A stretch of 64,000 nt of DNA from an uncultured Chloroflexia bacterium (lineage in GTDB: Bacteria; Chloroflexota; Anaerolineae; CG2-30-64-16), in contig CAWEMM010000006.1 in the NCBI GenBank assembly GCA_963810095.1, forward strand, positions 640,001 through 704,000. Direction: 5' to 3'. The translations under genes were made by a program, and so were the position numbers. How positions within the stretch are numbered: position 1 is the stretch's first letter; each line of letters begins with the position of its first letter. Of this stretch, positions 33,585 through 45,028 are shown piece by piece. The notes under the pieces are model-generated. The model did no database searches and was not told where the DNA came from. It worked only from the letters and a program-made list of their open reading frames with translations.

Positions 33585-33634
33585 CTAGAAGAATTCCCGA
33601 CGAGCAACCGGGATTCTGCCAAGAAACAATCACG

Positions 33635-33668
33635 AGACACCGGGTTTCTTCGAAGAAACCCGGTGTCT
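33635..33668. repeat. AGAAACC-family perfect 34-bp palindrome
   Basis: agacaccgggtttcttcgaagaaacccggtgtct. Confidence 0.85.
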
Positions 33669-33679
33669 TAAGGAGCGCA

Positions 33680-34525
33680 ATGTCCGCCCCCACCACCTAT
33701 GTCTCCCGCAATGGAGAGCTGGTCCCCGCCGCCGAGGCGCGCATCTCGGTCTTCAACCCCGCGATCTACGGCGCCTGGGGCGTTTACGAGTCAATGCAGG
33801 CTGCCAACGGCGTCCTGTTCGAGCCGCTGTCCCACCTGCGCCGGCTGGCCCATTCGGCGGAGATCGTACAGCTGGCGCTGCCCGCCGACCTGCGCACCAT
33901 TCGGACCTGGATCCAGGTGGTCCTCAAGGGTTACGGGCAACCTGACTGCACCGTGCGGCTGTTCGTGCTCGGCCCCGACAACGGCGGCGATCCGGTGGCC
34001 TTCATCTGGGCTCAACCCCCGAACCAGTACCCCGCCACCTATTACGAGGACGGCGCGAGCGCAGCCACTTTCCAGGCGCAGCGCTATCTGCCGGAGGCAA
34101 AATCCCTCAATGCCCTCGCCAGCTTCATGGCCCAGCGGCATGCGCGGGCTGCCGGCACCCACGAGGCCCTGCTCCATCACGCAGGGACCATCACGGAGGG
34201 TTCCAACAGTAATGTATTTGCGGTCACGGGCGGCCAAGTCGTGACGCCGCCGCACACCGAAGTCCTGTCGGGGGTCACGCGCGAGATCGTGATCCGCCTT
34301 GCGCACGAGAACGGGATTGACCTGGTGGAGGCCAGCCTCCCCGTTGCCGAGTCGGGCGCCTGGCAGGAGTGTTTTATCACCAGCACCAGCCGCCACGTCA
34401 TGCCCATTACGACCCTTGACGGCCAGCCGGTCGGTTCTGGCCGCCCCGGCCCCATCACGCAACGTCTTCACAACCTTTTCGAGGTGTATTTCGCCCGGGC
34501 AGTCGGGCAACCACTCACGGACTGA
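33680..34525 (+). CDS. Aminotransferase class IV
   Basis: GVYE, HLRRL, AKSLN, EGSNSNVF, LSGVTR and FITST motifs. Confidence 0.9.
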   Translation: MSAPTTYVSRNGELVPAAEARISVFNPAIYGAWGVYESMQAANGVLFEPLSHLRRLAHSAEIVQLALPADLRTIRTWIQVVLKGYGQPDCTVRLFVLGPDNGGDPVAFIWAQPPNQYPATYYEDGASAATFQAQRYLPEAKSLNALASFMAQRHARAAGTHEALLHHAGTITEGSNSNVFAVTGGQVVTPPHTEVLSGVTREIVIRLAHENGIDLVEASLPVAESGAWQECFITSTSRHVMPITTLDGQPVGSGRPGPITQRLHNLFEVYFARAVGQPLTD

Positions 34526-34687
34526 ACTGCTTGAACCGGTCGCTGCGCTTACCACATGACGAGAGCAGTTCGAGTCTGTGACATCAGTTCCACCGGCGAG
34601 CTAATCGGACCGCCTTTTGTCCCCGCCGCGTCATTATGTTAGAATCATGGCGACGGGTGAGACGAACTCGCCCTGCTTTTCCCCGGA

Positions 34688-36310
34688 GTGAAGATGGAAT
34701 TACGCGAATACGTTGGCCTGCTGCGTAAGTGGTTGTGGCTTATTGTTCTGTGTACGGTCGCCGCGGCCGCAACCGCCTACGTGGTCAGCAAAAACACCAC
34801 GCCTGTTTACGAAGCTTCGTCGACTTTACGCGTCAACCAGGCATCCAGCCCGACCACCTCGACCGCTTATGCGGATGTGCTGACGAGCGAACGGCTCGCC
34901 CGCACCTACGCCAGCCTCCTCACCAGCCGCCCCGTGCTTGAGGAGACAGCCCAGCGCCTGGGGATTGATGTCAAGAGCCTCGAGGAGACCATCACCGTGA
35001 CGCCGGTTCGCGACACGCTGCTCCTCCAGATCAAGGTCGAAGGCCCCAACCCGCGCCTCATCGCCGAAGTGGCCAACGTGCTGCCCCAGGTGTTTATCGA
35101 CCGGGATCGCCAGCAGCAGCTGGGCCAGGTCACGCAGTACCGGGACACGCTGCAGCGCGAGATCGACGCCACCCTTGCGGATCTGAGCCGGTCCACCGAC
35201 GAGTTGGCGAAAGCCACCGACGATGCCCAGAAGAGCCGCCTCGAGGCCAGCGTGGCTCAATACCGCACTACCTACTCCACGCTGTTGGCCAACGCCCAGC
35301 AGGCGAAGCTGGCCGAAGCCCAGTCGACCAACAACCTGGTCGTCGCCGAGCCCTCCGCGCTGCCCGAAAAACCAGTGCGGCCCCGCACGCTGACGAACAC
35401 GATGCTGGCCGCCATCATTGGCGCCATGCTGGCCGTCGGTGCGGCCTTCCTGATCGAGTACCTGGACGACACGGTTAAGACCGCGGACGACGTCGAGCGG
35501 GTCACGGGCCTGTCCACCCTCGGCGCCATCGCCCGCCTCAAGGAGGCCGGCGGCAGCCGCCAGTTGATCGCCTGGCTGAAGACCAAGGCGCCGGAATCCG
35601 AAGCGTATCGCACGCTGCGCACGAACATCCAGTTTTCAAGCGTCGACAAGCCGGTGAAAACGCTGCTCGTCACCTCCTCGAGCCCAGGCGAAGGCAAGAG
35701 CACGACCACCGCCAACCTGGCGGTCGTGCTGGCCCAAACCGGGCAGAAGGTGATCGTCGTCGATACCGACCTGCGGCGCCCGGTGCTCCACAAGGTATTC
35801 GAAGTTCCGAACAACACCGGCTTGACTGCGGCCCTGCTGGCGAACGACCCGTCGCACGTCTCTGCGCACATGCAGTTGACCGAGATCGACAATCTCACCG
35901 TCCTGACCAGCGGCCCCATCCCGCCCAACCCGTCCGAGTTGCTGGGCTCGCACCGCATGACCGAACTGGTGCAGGTGCTGTCGACCCAGGCCGACATCGT
36001 CATCTTTGACAGCCCGCCGGTGCTGGCCGTGACCGATGCGGCCGTGCTGGCGCGCCAGGTCGACGGTGTGCTGCTGGTGGCCGACGCCGGCCGTACCAAG
36101 GAGCACGCGCTGGCTGCGGCCACGGCCGAGCTGCAGAAGACCGGTGGCAACGTGCTCGGCGTCGCGCTCAACCGCCTCGACGCGCGGCGCGGCTACAACT
36201 ACTACTATTATTACTACTACTCGGATGAGGAAGGCGGGGCAAAGAAGAGGTCGGGCGCGGGCAAAAACGAAGGGCCGCGACTGCGGCTGCCGTGGCAGAA
36301 GCCGGCGTAA
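34688..36310 (+). CDS. Polysaccharide biosynthesis tyrosine autokinase (Wzz-like domain plus BY-kinase)
   Basis: EAYRTLRTN, PGEGKST, DTDLRRP, IFDSPP and C-terminal Tyr cluster. Confidence 0.93.
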   Translation: MKMELREYVGLLRKWLWLIVLCTVAAAATAYVVSKNTTPVYEASSTLRVNQASSPTTSTAYADVLTSERLARTYASLLTSRPVLEETAQRLGIDVKSLEETITVTPVRDTLLLQIKVEGPNPRLIAEVANVLPQVFIDRDRQQQLGQVTQYRDTLQREIDATLADLSRSTDELAKATDDAQKSRLEASVAQYRTTYSTLLANAQQAKLAEAQSTNNLVVAEPSALPEKPVRPRTLTNTMLAAIIGAMLAVGAAFLIEYLDDTVKTADDVERVTGLSTLGAIARLKEAGGSRQLIAWLKTKAPESEAYRTLRTNIQFSSVDKPVKTLLVTSSSPGEGKSTTTANLAVVLAQTGQKVIVVDTDLRRPVLHKVFEVPNNTGLTAALLANDPSHVSAHMQLTEIDNLTVLTSGPIPPNPSELLGSHRMTELVQVLSTQADIVIFDSPPVLAVTDAAVLARQVDGVLLVADAGRTKEHALAAATAELQKTGGNVLGVALNRLDARRGYNYYYYYYYSDEEGGAKKRSGAGKNEGPRLRLPWQKPA

Positions 36311-36341
36311 CGCGCCGGGACGTCGCAATACCGGTCAAAAA

Positions 36342-36393
36342 AAGACACCAGGTTTCAACCGCCGGCTTCGCTGACGCAGAAACCTGGTGTCTT
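36342..36393. repeat. AGAAACC-family IR between convergent genes
   Basis: aagacaccaggtttc ... gaaacctggtgtctt. Confidence 0.8.
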
Positions 36394-36398
36394 AACTT

Positions 36399-37883
36399 TT
36401 AGGCCGCCGCCCAGACGACTTCCGGCGAGCGGTAGTACCCAATCCCCAGCCTGTCAAACCGTGCCGCGTGCGAGGCGAGTCGTAGCCGGTACTCCTCCCA
36501 GCCGCGCCCCTGCGCAGGCGACCAGCCGATCTCGTTGATGCCCGGCAGCCGCGGGAAGGCCATGTAACTGATGTCCGCCAGTGTGCAGAGCGTCTCGGTC
36601 CACAACGGCGCCTCGACGCCCAGGATTTGTGCCTCGGAAAGCCCGGCGACGAGGGTCGAGGGATCCCAATCATAGGCCGTCTCCACCTCGACAAACCCCG
36701 CCCAATTCAACCCAAGCGGGGTCGTCGAGGCGTACTTCATGTCCAGGTAGGTCTTCGACGCGGGCGACATCACGATTGAGGCGCCCTGCGCCGCGGCCCG
36801 GCGTGCCAGCTCGATGCCGTTGCGGTGCGTCGTCCAGAACTGGACGATGGTGCCAGGCCGCAGGCACGCCTTTCCGATCTCCTGCCAGGCCACCGCGACC
36901 TTGCCGTAGTGCTGCACGATATCCTGCACGCGCTCCATGAATGGGATGTACTCGGCGTCGTTCGTCTTGAACGCTTCGTCGCCGCCGATGTGGATGTAGG
37001 GCCCGGGCGTCAGGATGGCGAGCTCACGGATGACGTCGTCCACAAACTGGTAGGTCAGTTCGCTGCGAGTGTTGAGGCTGCTGATGCCCACGTCGGTGCC
37101 GGTGTATAGCGACGGCATGATGCCCTCGCGGCTCAGCTCCGGGTATGCGGCCAGCGCGGCCATGGTGTGGCCTGGCATGTCGATCTCGGGCACTAATGTG
37201 ATGTACCGGCTCTGCGCGTAGCGCGCGATCTCCGCGTATTCCTCCTGCGTGTAGAACCCCCCAGGCCCGCCGCCCACCTGCGTGCTGCCTCCAATCTCCG
37301 CCAGCTTGGGCCAGGTCTTGATCTCGATGCGCCAGCCCTGGTCTTCGCTGAGATGGAGGTGGAACCGGTTCACCTTGTAGTATGCCAGGTGGTCGATGTA
37401 GCGCTTGACGTCGCTCACCGAGAAGAAGTGGCGGCCCACGTCGAGCATTGCCCCACGCCAGGAAAACCGGGGTTGGTCGCGCACCTGCACGACGGGCACG
37501 GACCAGGGTCCCGGCTGAACGGAGGGGGATTCCACGCAGGCAGGGAGCAACTGGCGAAGGGTCTGAATGCTCCAGAAGAGCCCGGCCGGGCCGTACGCCG
37601 AGAGGGTCAGCCCCTCGGGCCCGCATCGCAGCGTGTAGCCTTCGTCGCCCAGACTCGCGTCTGCGTCGACCAGGGTCAGATAGATATGCCCTAGCGAGGG
37701 CGGTCCGGCGACCGGCTCGACCGGGAACGCGTACCCCGTCGCCGGGCGAAGCCGCTCGGCGAGATAATGCCCGATGTTGAGCACTTCGAGCGTGGCCGGA
37801 GCCACATAAATGCGGGTTTCTTCAGACAGGATGAAGCGCCCGTCGCCGGGAAGCAACGATGTGGGTTTCGGGATGATGTCCAT
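36399..37883 (-). CDS. Beta-N-acetylhexosaminidase (GH20), no signal peptide
   Basis: RGAMLDVGRHF, PEIDMPGH and HIGGDE motifs. Confidence 0.93.
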   Translation of the reverse strand: MDIIPKPTSLLPGDGRFILSEETRIYVAPATLEVLNIGHYLAERLRPATGYAFPVEPVAGPPSLGHIYLTLVDADASLGDEGYTLRCGPEGLTLSAYGPAGLFWSIQTLRQLLPACVESPSVQPGPWSVPVVQVRDQPRFSWRGAMLDVGRHFFSVSDVKRYIDHLAYYKVNRFHLHLSEDQGWRIEIKTWPKLAEIGGSTQVGGGPGGFYTQEEYAEIARYAQSRYITLVPEIDMPGHTMAALAAYPELSREGIMPSLYTGTDVGISSLNTRSELTYQFVDDVIRELAILTPGPYIHIGGDEAFKTNDAEYIPFMERVQDIVQHYGKVAVAWQEIGKACLRPGTIVQFWTTHRNGIELARRAAAQGASIVMSPASKTYLDMKYASTTPLGLNWAGFVEVETAYDWDPSTLVAGLSEAQILGVEAPLWTETLCTLADISYMAFPRLPGINEIGWSPAQGRGWEEYRLRLASHAARFDRLGIGYYRSPEVVWAAA

Positions 37884-38044
37884 GGGGGGCGCGGAAGCCT
37901 TTCAATCAAGAAGGAGGATAAGAACCGCCTAGTCTTACGCCTGATTATAAGCGCGGTACAAACTTATTGCCAAACTTGGCAATTACAAGTAAGACATTTG
38001 TTGTAGTGACGCCGTGGCAAGGACAGAGGTTCCAGACGGCAAAA

Positions 38045-38095
38045 AGAAACCAGGTCTCTCTCGCCAGCGGCGCTGGCGCAAGAGACCTGGTTTCT
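38045..38095. repeat. AGAAACC-family IR with inner hairpin
   Basis: agaaaccaggtctct ... cgccagc/gctggcg ... agagacctggtttct. Confidence 0.8.
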
Positions 38096-38151
38096 CGACT
38101 TTATGAACGCTTCGCAGTCGTTATGCCTGCGTGTCTTTGTGGCTCGCCGGC

Positions 38152-39219
38152 CTACCGCTGTAGGTTGAGGGCCTTGTAGAGCCCTGCGAAGTCGAAGTGC
38201 TCGCCGAGCAGTTCGCCGAAGCGCTCGACCTTCTGCGGCTGCTGGAAGCGGCTCTTGCCGAAGAAGTTTTCGATGATCTCGATCGTGGCCAGGGTATCCA
38301 GGCGTGTCAGCAGCACCGGCACGCACAGTTCCTCGGCCCGGTTGATCACGGCGGGGCTGGGGTAGATGTTGCCCGTCAGGATCAGGCAGCGGGTGGAGGT
38401 TTCGAGCGCGGCCAACTGGATGTCGGCCCGGTCGCCGCCCGTGATGACTGCCTTATTCGGCTTGCGCCGGAAGTAGCTCAGCGCGCTCTCGACGCTCATC
38501 GCGCCGACCAGCATGTGCTCGACCAACTCGTCGGCGCACTCCACCGAGCACAGCATCTCGGCATGCAAGCCGTCGGCCAATTCCTTCACGCTCGGCGCGG
38601 AGAGCATGCCTTCCTTGCGGAGGACGCCGAACGTGCGAATGCCGCGCCGGGTGAAGAACGGGACGACGACGTCAAGCACGAACTCCAGCTGGCTCTTGGG
38701 CACCTCGTTGATCACGACCCCTGCCATATTGGCGGCGAAGTAATTCTGCGCGGTCATGGCCCGGTCATACATCATGGTGTCATCGTACTTGATCACGGCG
38801 ACGACCTGCGCGTCGCACATCTCGACCACCTTCTTCGGTGGGAGCCCGGCAACATACCCCTCCCGATAGCTGCGGCCACCTTCCATGATGACGACGTCGC
38901 GGCCTTCGGACATCTTGGCGCAGGCTTCGGTCAGCTTGGACGTGTAGTCTGTTTCCGGCCCCCGGAGCTGCTGCTCCAGCTTGGCCGGCGTGAGCGCCAC
39001 GGGCGAAATCAGCTCCACCGGCTCGGACATGCCGTAGACCTGCTTGGCGAAGAACACATCTTCGTCATACGGCACGCCGTCGCGCAGCGGGACGTTGACA
39101 TTGACGGGCTTCATGTACCCGACCTTGAAACCGTCCTTGCGGAACCGCATGCCCAGCCCAACGCACAAGGCCGACTTGCCGGAGAAGGTCTCGGCAGAGG
39201 TGATGTAGAGGGTCTTCAT
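38152..39219 (-). CDS. Phosphotransacetylase-family BioD-like/DRTGG protein
   Basis: SGKS, GYMKP, VGAM and ITGGDRADIQLAALE; no PTA catalytic domain. Confidence 0.88.
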   Translation of the reverse strand: MKTLYITSAETFSGKSALCVGLGMRFRKDGFKVGYMKPVNVNVPLRDGVPYDEDVFFAKQVYGMSEPVELISPVALTPAKLEQQLRGPETDYTSKLTEACAKMSEGRDVVIMEGGRSYREGYVAGLPPKKVVEMCDAQVVAVIKYDDTMMYDRAMTAQNYFAANMAGVVINEVPKSQLEFVLDVVVPFFTRRGIRTFGVLRKEGMLSAPSVKELADGLHAEMLCSVECADELVEHMLVGAMSVESALSYFRRKPNKAVITGGDRADIQLAALETSTRCLILTGNIYPSPAVINRAEELCVPVLLTRLDTLATIEIIENFFGKSRFQQPQKVERFGELLGEHFDFAGLYKALNLQR

Positions 39220-39243
39220 ATCTTCAGCGCTCCTGTAATTAGA

Positions 39244-41333
39244 CTACTTCAACGCGAGCCGCATGTCAATGCCCAAAACGCCGCGGCCCTGCTCGAACAC
39301 CATCAAGGGGTTAACGTCGAGCTCGACGATTTCGGGGAAGTCGGTCACCAGTTGGGAGATGCGCAAGAGGGTGTCCACGATGGCCGCCCGGTCGGAGGGC
39401 TTCTCGCCGCGCACGCCCTTCAGCAGCTTGTACGCCCGGATCTCGTCCAGCATTTCGGTTGCCTGCCGGCGATCGATGGGGGCGATGCGGAAGGTCACGT
39501 CCTTCAGCACTTCGACGTAGATGCCGCCCAGGCCGAACATGATCAGGGGTCCGAACTGCGGGTCGCGGTTCACGCCGATGATGATCTCGCGGCCGCCCTT
39601 GACCATCTGCTGGAGCTGGCAGCCCCAGATCGTGGCGTCGGGCATGAAGCGCTTTGCGCGATAAATGAGCAGGTCGAATGCATCGCGCACTTCGCTGGCC
39701 GAAGTGATGTTCAGCTTGATGCCGCCGATGTCCGACTTGTGCAAGATGTCGGGCGAGGCGATCTTCATCACGATGGGGTAGCCGATTTCTTCCGCCATCC
39801 GCACCGCGTCGTCGGGCGTTTCGGCGATGCCCGACTTCGGAAGGGGCACACCGTAGGCTTCCAGCACCTCGCGCGCCTCGGTGTCGCCCATGGTCACCCG
39901 GCCCTCGCTGCGCGTGCGTGCGAGCAACTCGGCGACCTTCGCCCGGTTCACATTGAACGTCTCGACGTTCAGTGTTGGCGTGTTCAGCCAGTTGCGGTAG
40001 TCCCGCATGGCCGCGATCGCCTTTACGGCGCGCTCGGGCACCTGGTAATTCGGCACGCTGTGCGAGCGCATCATTTCCACGCCGGGTGCGATGGCCGCGT
40101 CGCCCATGAACGCACCGAAAACCGGCTTGCCAAACTTTTTCGAAATCGTGCCCAACGTGTCGGCGGTCTCGGGGATCTGGGTCATCGTCTGCGGGGTGAG
40201 CACGACCATCAACGCGTCCACGTTCGGGTCGGCCAGTACGGTTTCGATCGCCATCGCATAACGGTCCGCGTACGCGTCGCCCAGCACGTCAACCGGGTTC
40301 GCCACGCTGGCCGCGGGGGCAGCTTCGCCTGCAGCGCCTGCTTCGTCTCGTTGGTCAGGGGCGCCAGCTTCAGCCCGGCGTGCTCGATCGCATCGGAAGC
40401 CATAATGCCCGGGCCGCCCGCGTTCGTGATCACGCCGATGTTCTCGCCGTTAAGCAGCGGTTGGCGGGCGAAGGCCTGGGCGATATCGAAGAGGTCTTGC
40501 ACCGAGCCGGCCCGGATAATGCCCGACTGCTTGAACGCGGCATCGTATGCGGCTTCAGAACCCGCTAGCGTGCCGGTATGTGAGGAAACAGCCTTCGAGC
40601 CCGCGCTCGTCGTGCCCGACTTGATGGCGATGATCGGCTTATGCCGTGTCACCTCAGAGGCGGTGCGAATGAACTCGGGGCCATTCGTGATGCCTTCGAG
40701 ATACGCCATGATGGCGCGTGTCTCGGGGTCTTCGGCCCACGCCGTCACCAGGTCGAGCTCGTTGATGTCGGCCTTGTTGCCGATGCTGTAGAAGCGGGAG
40801 AAGCCGATGCCTTGCCCCATCGCCATGTCGAGGATGGAGGTGCAGAGCGCGCCCGACTGCGACATGAAGGCGATGCGACCGCGCCGCGGCATGCCCGCCG
40901 CGAACGAAGCGTTCAGCTTGCAGACCGTGTCGATGATGCCGAGCACGTTCGGGCCGATCAGCCGCATCCCGTACTTCTTGGCAGTCTCGATGACCTGGTT
41001 CTCGAGCGCCTTCCCCGTGGGGCCAACCTCACGGAAACCGGCCGTGATGATCACGGCGCCCTTCAACCCGCGCTGCCCGCACTGTTCGATCACGCCGGGC
41101 ACGGCCTTGTTAGGCACAAGGAGCACGGCCAGGTCGACCGGGTCGGGGCAGTCGAGGACCGACGGGTAAGCCTTCCTACCCAGGATCTCTGGCGCGGTGG
41201 GGTTGACCGGGTAGATCCCCCCCTCGTAGCCGTACTGAATCACATTGTTCAGGACTTGGTACCCCAGCTTGGCAGGGTCCGTGGACGCGCCGACCACGGC
41301 GACGCCCCGAGGTTCGGTGAACATTTCGAGCAT
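39244..41333 (-). CDS. Acetate/acyl-CoA ligase (ADP-forming), fused alpha/beta (frameshift near 40310)
   Basis: VAVVGAS, SQSGA, SHTGTLAG, NPVD, HKSDIGG and ELDVNPL motifs. Confidence 0.9.
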
Positions 41334-41629
41334 GTGCGACTTCCCTTCGAAGGGTTGCGATCGTTGTCGGGCGGCGGGGGGCTGCCCGACAAACGCCATC
41401 GCCCGGTTTAACACGCGTGCGACGGCCTGCACCGCCTTGCTGCGCAAGGAGTGCAGGCCACTCGTGCATTATCTCCCGATTTCAGTACAGGGTAAATGAT
41501 GCAGATCATCTTTCGATTGCTTTCGTTTCGAAACTTTTCCGCACCTGACGGTCCGGGCGGCGGGCCGAGCCGGCAGGCCGCTTGCTTCATCGCCGCAATC
41601 TGCGTACAATTGTTTTCTATGGAGCGACT

Positions 41630-42772
41630 ATGATTTACCTGGACCATTCTGCGACGACGCCGGTCGACCCGCGGGTCGTCGAGGCAATGGCGCCGTACTG
41701 GACCGAATCCTACGGGAACCCGTCGAGCCTGTATGGGCTCGGGCGTCGTGCGGCGGCGGCACTGGAAGACGCCCGGCGGGCCGTGGCCCGTGTGCTGAAC
41801 TGCCAGCCCGCGGAGATCGTGTTTACCTCGTGCGGCACCGAGAGCGACAACCTGGCCATTCGCGGCGTCGGGCTGGCGGCTGCGGCGAAGGGCCGGCGCC
41901 ATCTTATCACCACGCCCATCGAGCATCATGCGGTTTCGCATACAGTAGCCGATCTGGTCGAGCATTTTGATTTCGAGGCGACAACCCTGCCCGTGGACCG
42001 CACCGGGCTCGTCGACCCCGCGGCGCTCGAGGCTGCTATCCGCCCCGACACGGCCCTCATCAGCGTGATGCTGGCAAACAACGAGGTTGGCACCGTGGAA
42101 CCCGTTGCCGAACTGGGCGCCATTGCGCGCCGACACGGCATCCCCTTCCACACAGACGCCGTGCAGGCCGCAGCAAGCCTACCGCTCGACGTCGAGGCCC
42201 TGAACGTCGACCTCCTGGCGCTGTCTGCGCACAAGTTTCACGGGCCAAAGGGCGTCGGCCTACTCTATGTGCGTAAGGGCACGCGGCTGGGCCCGGTGCA
42301 GACCGGCGGCAGCCAGGAGCGCGGCCGGCGGGCAGGCACCGAGAACGTCCCCTACATTGTGGGCATGGCGCGCGCGCTGGAATTAGCGGACGAAGACCGG
42401 CCGGCGAAGTCGGCCCGGCTGCTCGGATTGCGCGAGCGGCTGCGCGCGGGCATGCTGGAGCGCATCCCCGATATCGATCTGACCGGCCATCCGCAGCGCC
42501 GTCTCCCCGGTCACCTCAGCTTCATCGTCAAGGGCGTCGAAGCGCAGGCGCTTCTGATCGCCCTCGACCTTGCGGGGATTGCCGCCTCTTCCGGTTCGGC
42601 CTGTGCGGTCGGCTCGCCCGAGCCCAGCGGCGTGCTGCGCGCGATGGGCTACGCTCCGGACGAGGCGCTCGGCGCGCTCCGCCTGACTTTGGGCCGCATG
42701 AACACGGACGCGGACGTGGACACGGTCCTGCAGAAGCTGCCCGATATTGTCGAGCGGGTGCGTAATGCCTGA
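41630..42772 (+). CDS. iscS: Cysteine desulfurase
   Basis: [25 protein letters not shown] and SSGSAC motifs. Confidence 0.92.
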   Translation: MIYLDHSATTPVDPRVVEAMAPYWTESYGNPSSLYGLGRRAAAALEDARRAVARVLNCQPAEIVFTSCGTESDNLAIRGVGLAAAAKGRRHLITTPIEHHAVSHTVADLVEHFDFEATTLPVDRTGLVDPAALEAAIRPDTALISVMLANNEVGTVEPVAELGAIARRHGIPFHTDAVQAAASLPLDVEALNVDLLALSAHKFHGPKGVGLLYVRKGTRLGPVQTGGSQERGRRAGTENVPYIVGMARALELADEDRPAKSARLLGLRERLRAGMLERIPDIDLTGHPQRRLPGHLSFIVKGVEAQALLIALDLAGIAASSGSACAVGSPEPSGVLRAMGYAPDEALGALRLTLGRMNTDADVDTVLQKLPDIVERVRNA

Positions 42773-43898
42773 ACCGGGCATTTCAAACCTCGGAGGTGTC
42801 GGCCCGCCTGCACGCGTGGTCGTTGCGATGAGCGGCGGCGTCGACAGTTCCGTGGCTGCTGCGCTGCTGCTCGAGCAGGGCTTCGACGTCATCGGCATCA
42901 TGCTGCGGTTGTGGTCCGAGCCCGCCCGGCCCGTGCTAGGCGGAACGGTGGAGGCGGCCACGAACCGCTGCTGCTCGGCTGAGTCAGTCCACGATGCAGC
43001 CGCGGTTGCCGACCGGCTGGGCATCCCGTTCTACGCGGTCAGCGCGGAGGCGCCCTTCAAGCAGCGTGTGGTCGACACCTGGGTCGAGAGCTACGCCCAC
43101 GGCTTGACGCCCAACCCCTGCCTGAGCTGTAACCGGCACATCCGCTTCGGCTTTCTGCTGAACTACGCCCGGACACTGGGCGCACGCTACCTGGCGACCG
43201 GCCACTACGCCCGGCTGCGCAGATCGGATGACGGGAGTATCGAGCTCTGGCGGGGGCTGGACCGGGCCAAGGACCAGTCATACGTGCTCAGTGTGCTCGG
43301 CCAGGAGGACCTCGCGAGCGCGCTCTTTCCGGTGGGAGAGTATACGAAGCCGGAGGTGCGAGCCTTGGCGGCCGCGCGCGGCCTGCCCACGGCCTCGCGG
43401 GTCGACAGCCAGGATTTGTGTTTCGTGAGTGACGGCGACTACCGGCGTTTCCTGGGCGACCATGCGCCCGAGGCAGTGCGTCCCGGACCGATCCTCGACT
43501 CAGGCGGCCGGCAGTTAGGCGTGCACCGGGGCCTGCCGTTCTACACAGTGGGGCAGCGCAGCGGCCTGGGGATTGCCGCGGCGCATCCGCTCTTTGTCCT
43601 CCGGCTGGACATTGAGGCGAACGCCGTCATTGTGGGCAGCGGCGACGAACTCGGATCGACCGCATTCCGCACGGGTCCCGTCAACTGGCTGGCGGGTAGG
43701 CCGCGCGGCCCATCACTCGAGGCCCAGGTTCAGATCCGCTATCACAGCGCCCCTGTGGCCGCGTCTGTCGACATGCTGGCGGATGGCGGCGCGGCGGTCG
43801 CCGTGCGTGAGCCCTTGCGTGACGTCACGCCGGGCCAGGCGGCGGTCTTCTATGACGGCGAGAACTGCCTGGGCAACGGCTTGATCTTGCGGCCCTAG
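42765..43898 (+). CDS. mnmA: tRNA 2-thiouridine(34) synthase
   Basis: [25 protein letters not shown] and TPGQAAV motifs. Confidence 0.96.
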   Translation: MPEPGISNLGGVGPPARVVVAMSGGVDSSVAAALLLEQGFDVIGIMLRLWSEPARPVLGGTVEAATNRCCSAESVHDAAAVADRLGIPFYAVSAEAPFKQRVVDTWVESYAHGLTPNPCLSCNRHIRFGFLLNYARTLGARYLATGHYARLRRSDDGSIELWRGLDRAKDQSYVLSVLGQEDLASALFPVGEYTKPEVRALAAARGLPTASRVDSQDLCFVSDGDYRRFLGDHAPEAVRPGPILDSGGRQLGVHRGLPFYTVGQRSGLGIAAAHPLFVLRLDIEANAVIVGSGDELGSTAFRTGPVNWLAGRPRGPSLEAQVQIRYHSAPVAASVDMLADGGAAVAVREPLRDVTPGQAAVFYDGENCLGNGLILRP

Positions 43899-43928
43899 CC
43901 GCGCCTGCGGGGTTTCAAGGAGGACATC

Positions 43929-44255
43929 ATGCAACCGCTGCTTGATCGTGTGCTCGACATCGCGCTGTCACCCGCACTCTGGTTGTGCGTCGTGCTGGGC
44001 CTGGTCTACGGCCTGCTGTTTACCCTGTGGCGCGGGGGCGGCTTCCGCCAGTTGTGGCGCGATCTCCTGGCCGGCGTGCTCGGCTTCGGATTCGGGCAGC
44101 TGCTGGCGTCGTTCTTGCGCCTTCCGACGCTGGCGGTGGGCGAAGTGCACCTGCTGTGGGGCTCTCTTTTTGCCGTCGTAGCCCTGTTGGCCCGCCGGCG
44201 CTTCTGGCCCCCGCGGACGAAGTCCAAGCCTGCTTCGCCGGCCCCGGCGCCTTGA
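43929..44255 (+). CDS. Small membrane protein
   Basis: AGGAGG RBS; three hydrophobic segments. Confidence 0.7.
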   Translation: MQPLLDRVLDIALSPALWLCVVLGLVYGLLFTLWRGGGFRQLWRDLLAGVLGFGFGQLLASFLRLPTLAVGEVHLLWGSLFAVVALLARRRFWPPRTKSKPASPAPAP

Positions 44256-44324
44256 AATGTGGGGGAAGGACACCTTTACGTTTGGCACAGGCTGTGCTAA
44301 AGTTAACAGCTACGGAGGTGGGGC

Positions 44325-44618
44325 ATGAGTCTGATTATCTGGCGGGATCTTTCCATCATCCTTTTGGCACTTGAGTCGATCGTTGTCCTTGTATTGCTGA
44401 GTATCCTGGTTCTCCAAGTAATGCGTCTGATCCGATTGCTGCGTGAGGAAGTGATGCCGATTTTGCGGTCTACACAAGACACCGTCAGCACCGTGCGCGG
44501 CACGACTGACTTCATGAGCGATCACCTGGTCCAGCCGGTCGTCAAAGCGTCGAGTTACGCAGCAGGCGCTCGGCAGGCCATTAACGTACTTCTGGGTCGC
44601 AGCAACGGGCGCAACTAA
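44325..44618 (+). CDS. DUF948-like membrane-anchored protein
   Basis: N-terminal TM plus coiled segment; precedes YtxH gene. Confidence 0.7.
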   Translation: MSLIIWRDLSIILLALESIVVLVLLSILVLQVMRLIRLLREEVMPILRSTQDTVSTVRGTTDFMSDHLVQPVVKASSYAAGARQAINVLLGRSNGRN

Positions 44619-44630
44619 GGAGGCAGTCAA

Positions 44631-44948
44631 ATGAATGAAAACAGCGGAGGCGGGAGCTTCGTCGTCGGATTCCTGATCGGCGCGATTGCAGGCGCAGCGG
44701 CAGCGCTGCTCCTGACGCCACAGTCGGGTGAGGACATGCGGCGCACCATCGGACAAAAGAGCGTCGAGCTCAAGGACCAGGCCACCCAACAGGCGCAGCG
44801 CCTGGCCACCGACGCGAAGGGTCAGGTCGAGTACGTTCAAGAAAAGGGCCGGGTGGTCATCAGCGACAACGTACGGAAGGCCCAAGACTTGGTGACCGGC
44901 GGCAAGCCCGCCGACGAGATGCTGCCGCCAGCGACTCCTGCCGCTTAG
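44631..44948 (+). CDS. YtxH domain protein
   Basis: GFLIGAIAGAAAALLLTPQSGEDMR. Confidence 0.88.
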   Translation: MNENSGGGSFVVGFLIGAIAGAAAALLLTPQSGEDMRRTIGQKSVELKDQATQQAQRLATDAKGQVEYVQEKGRVVISDNVRKAQDLVTGGKPADEMLPPATPAA

Positions 44949-44976
44949 GCGCTCCGACTCATACCCCAACCGGTTC

Positions 44977-45007
44977 TGGCCGGGTCGCTGACCCGGCCAT
45001 TTCTTTT
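44977..45007 (+). terminator. Intrinsic terminator
   Basis: tggccgggtc-gct-gacccggcca followed by tttctttt. Confidence 0.75.
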
Positions 45008-45028
45008 GTCCCGCGCCACCGAGCAGGC

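Noticed and set aside
38197-40791. 864-aa plus-strand ORF
   Set aside because: Antisense shadow of the DRTGG and acyl-CoA ligase genes.
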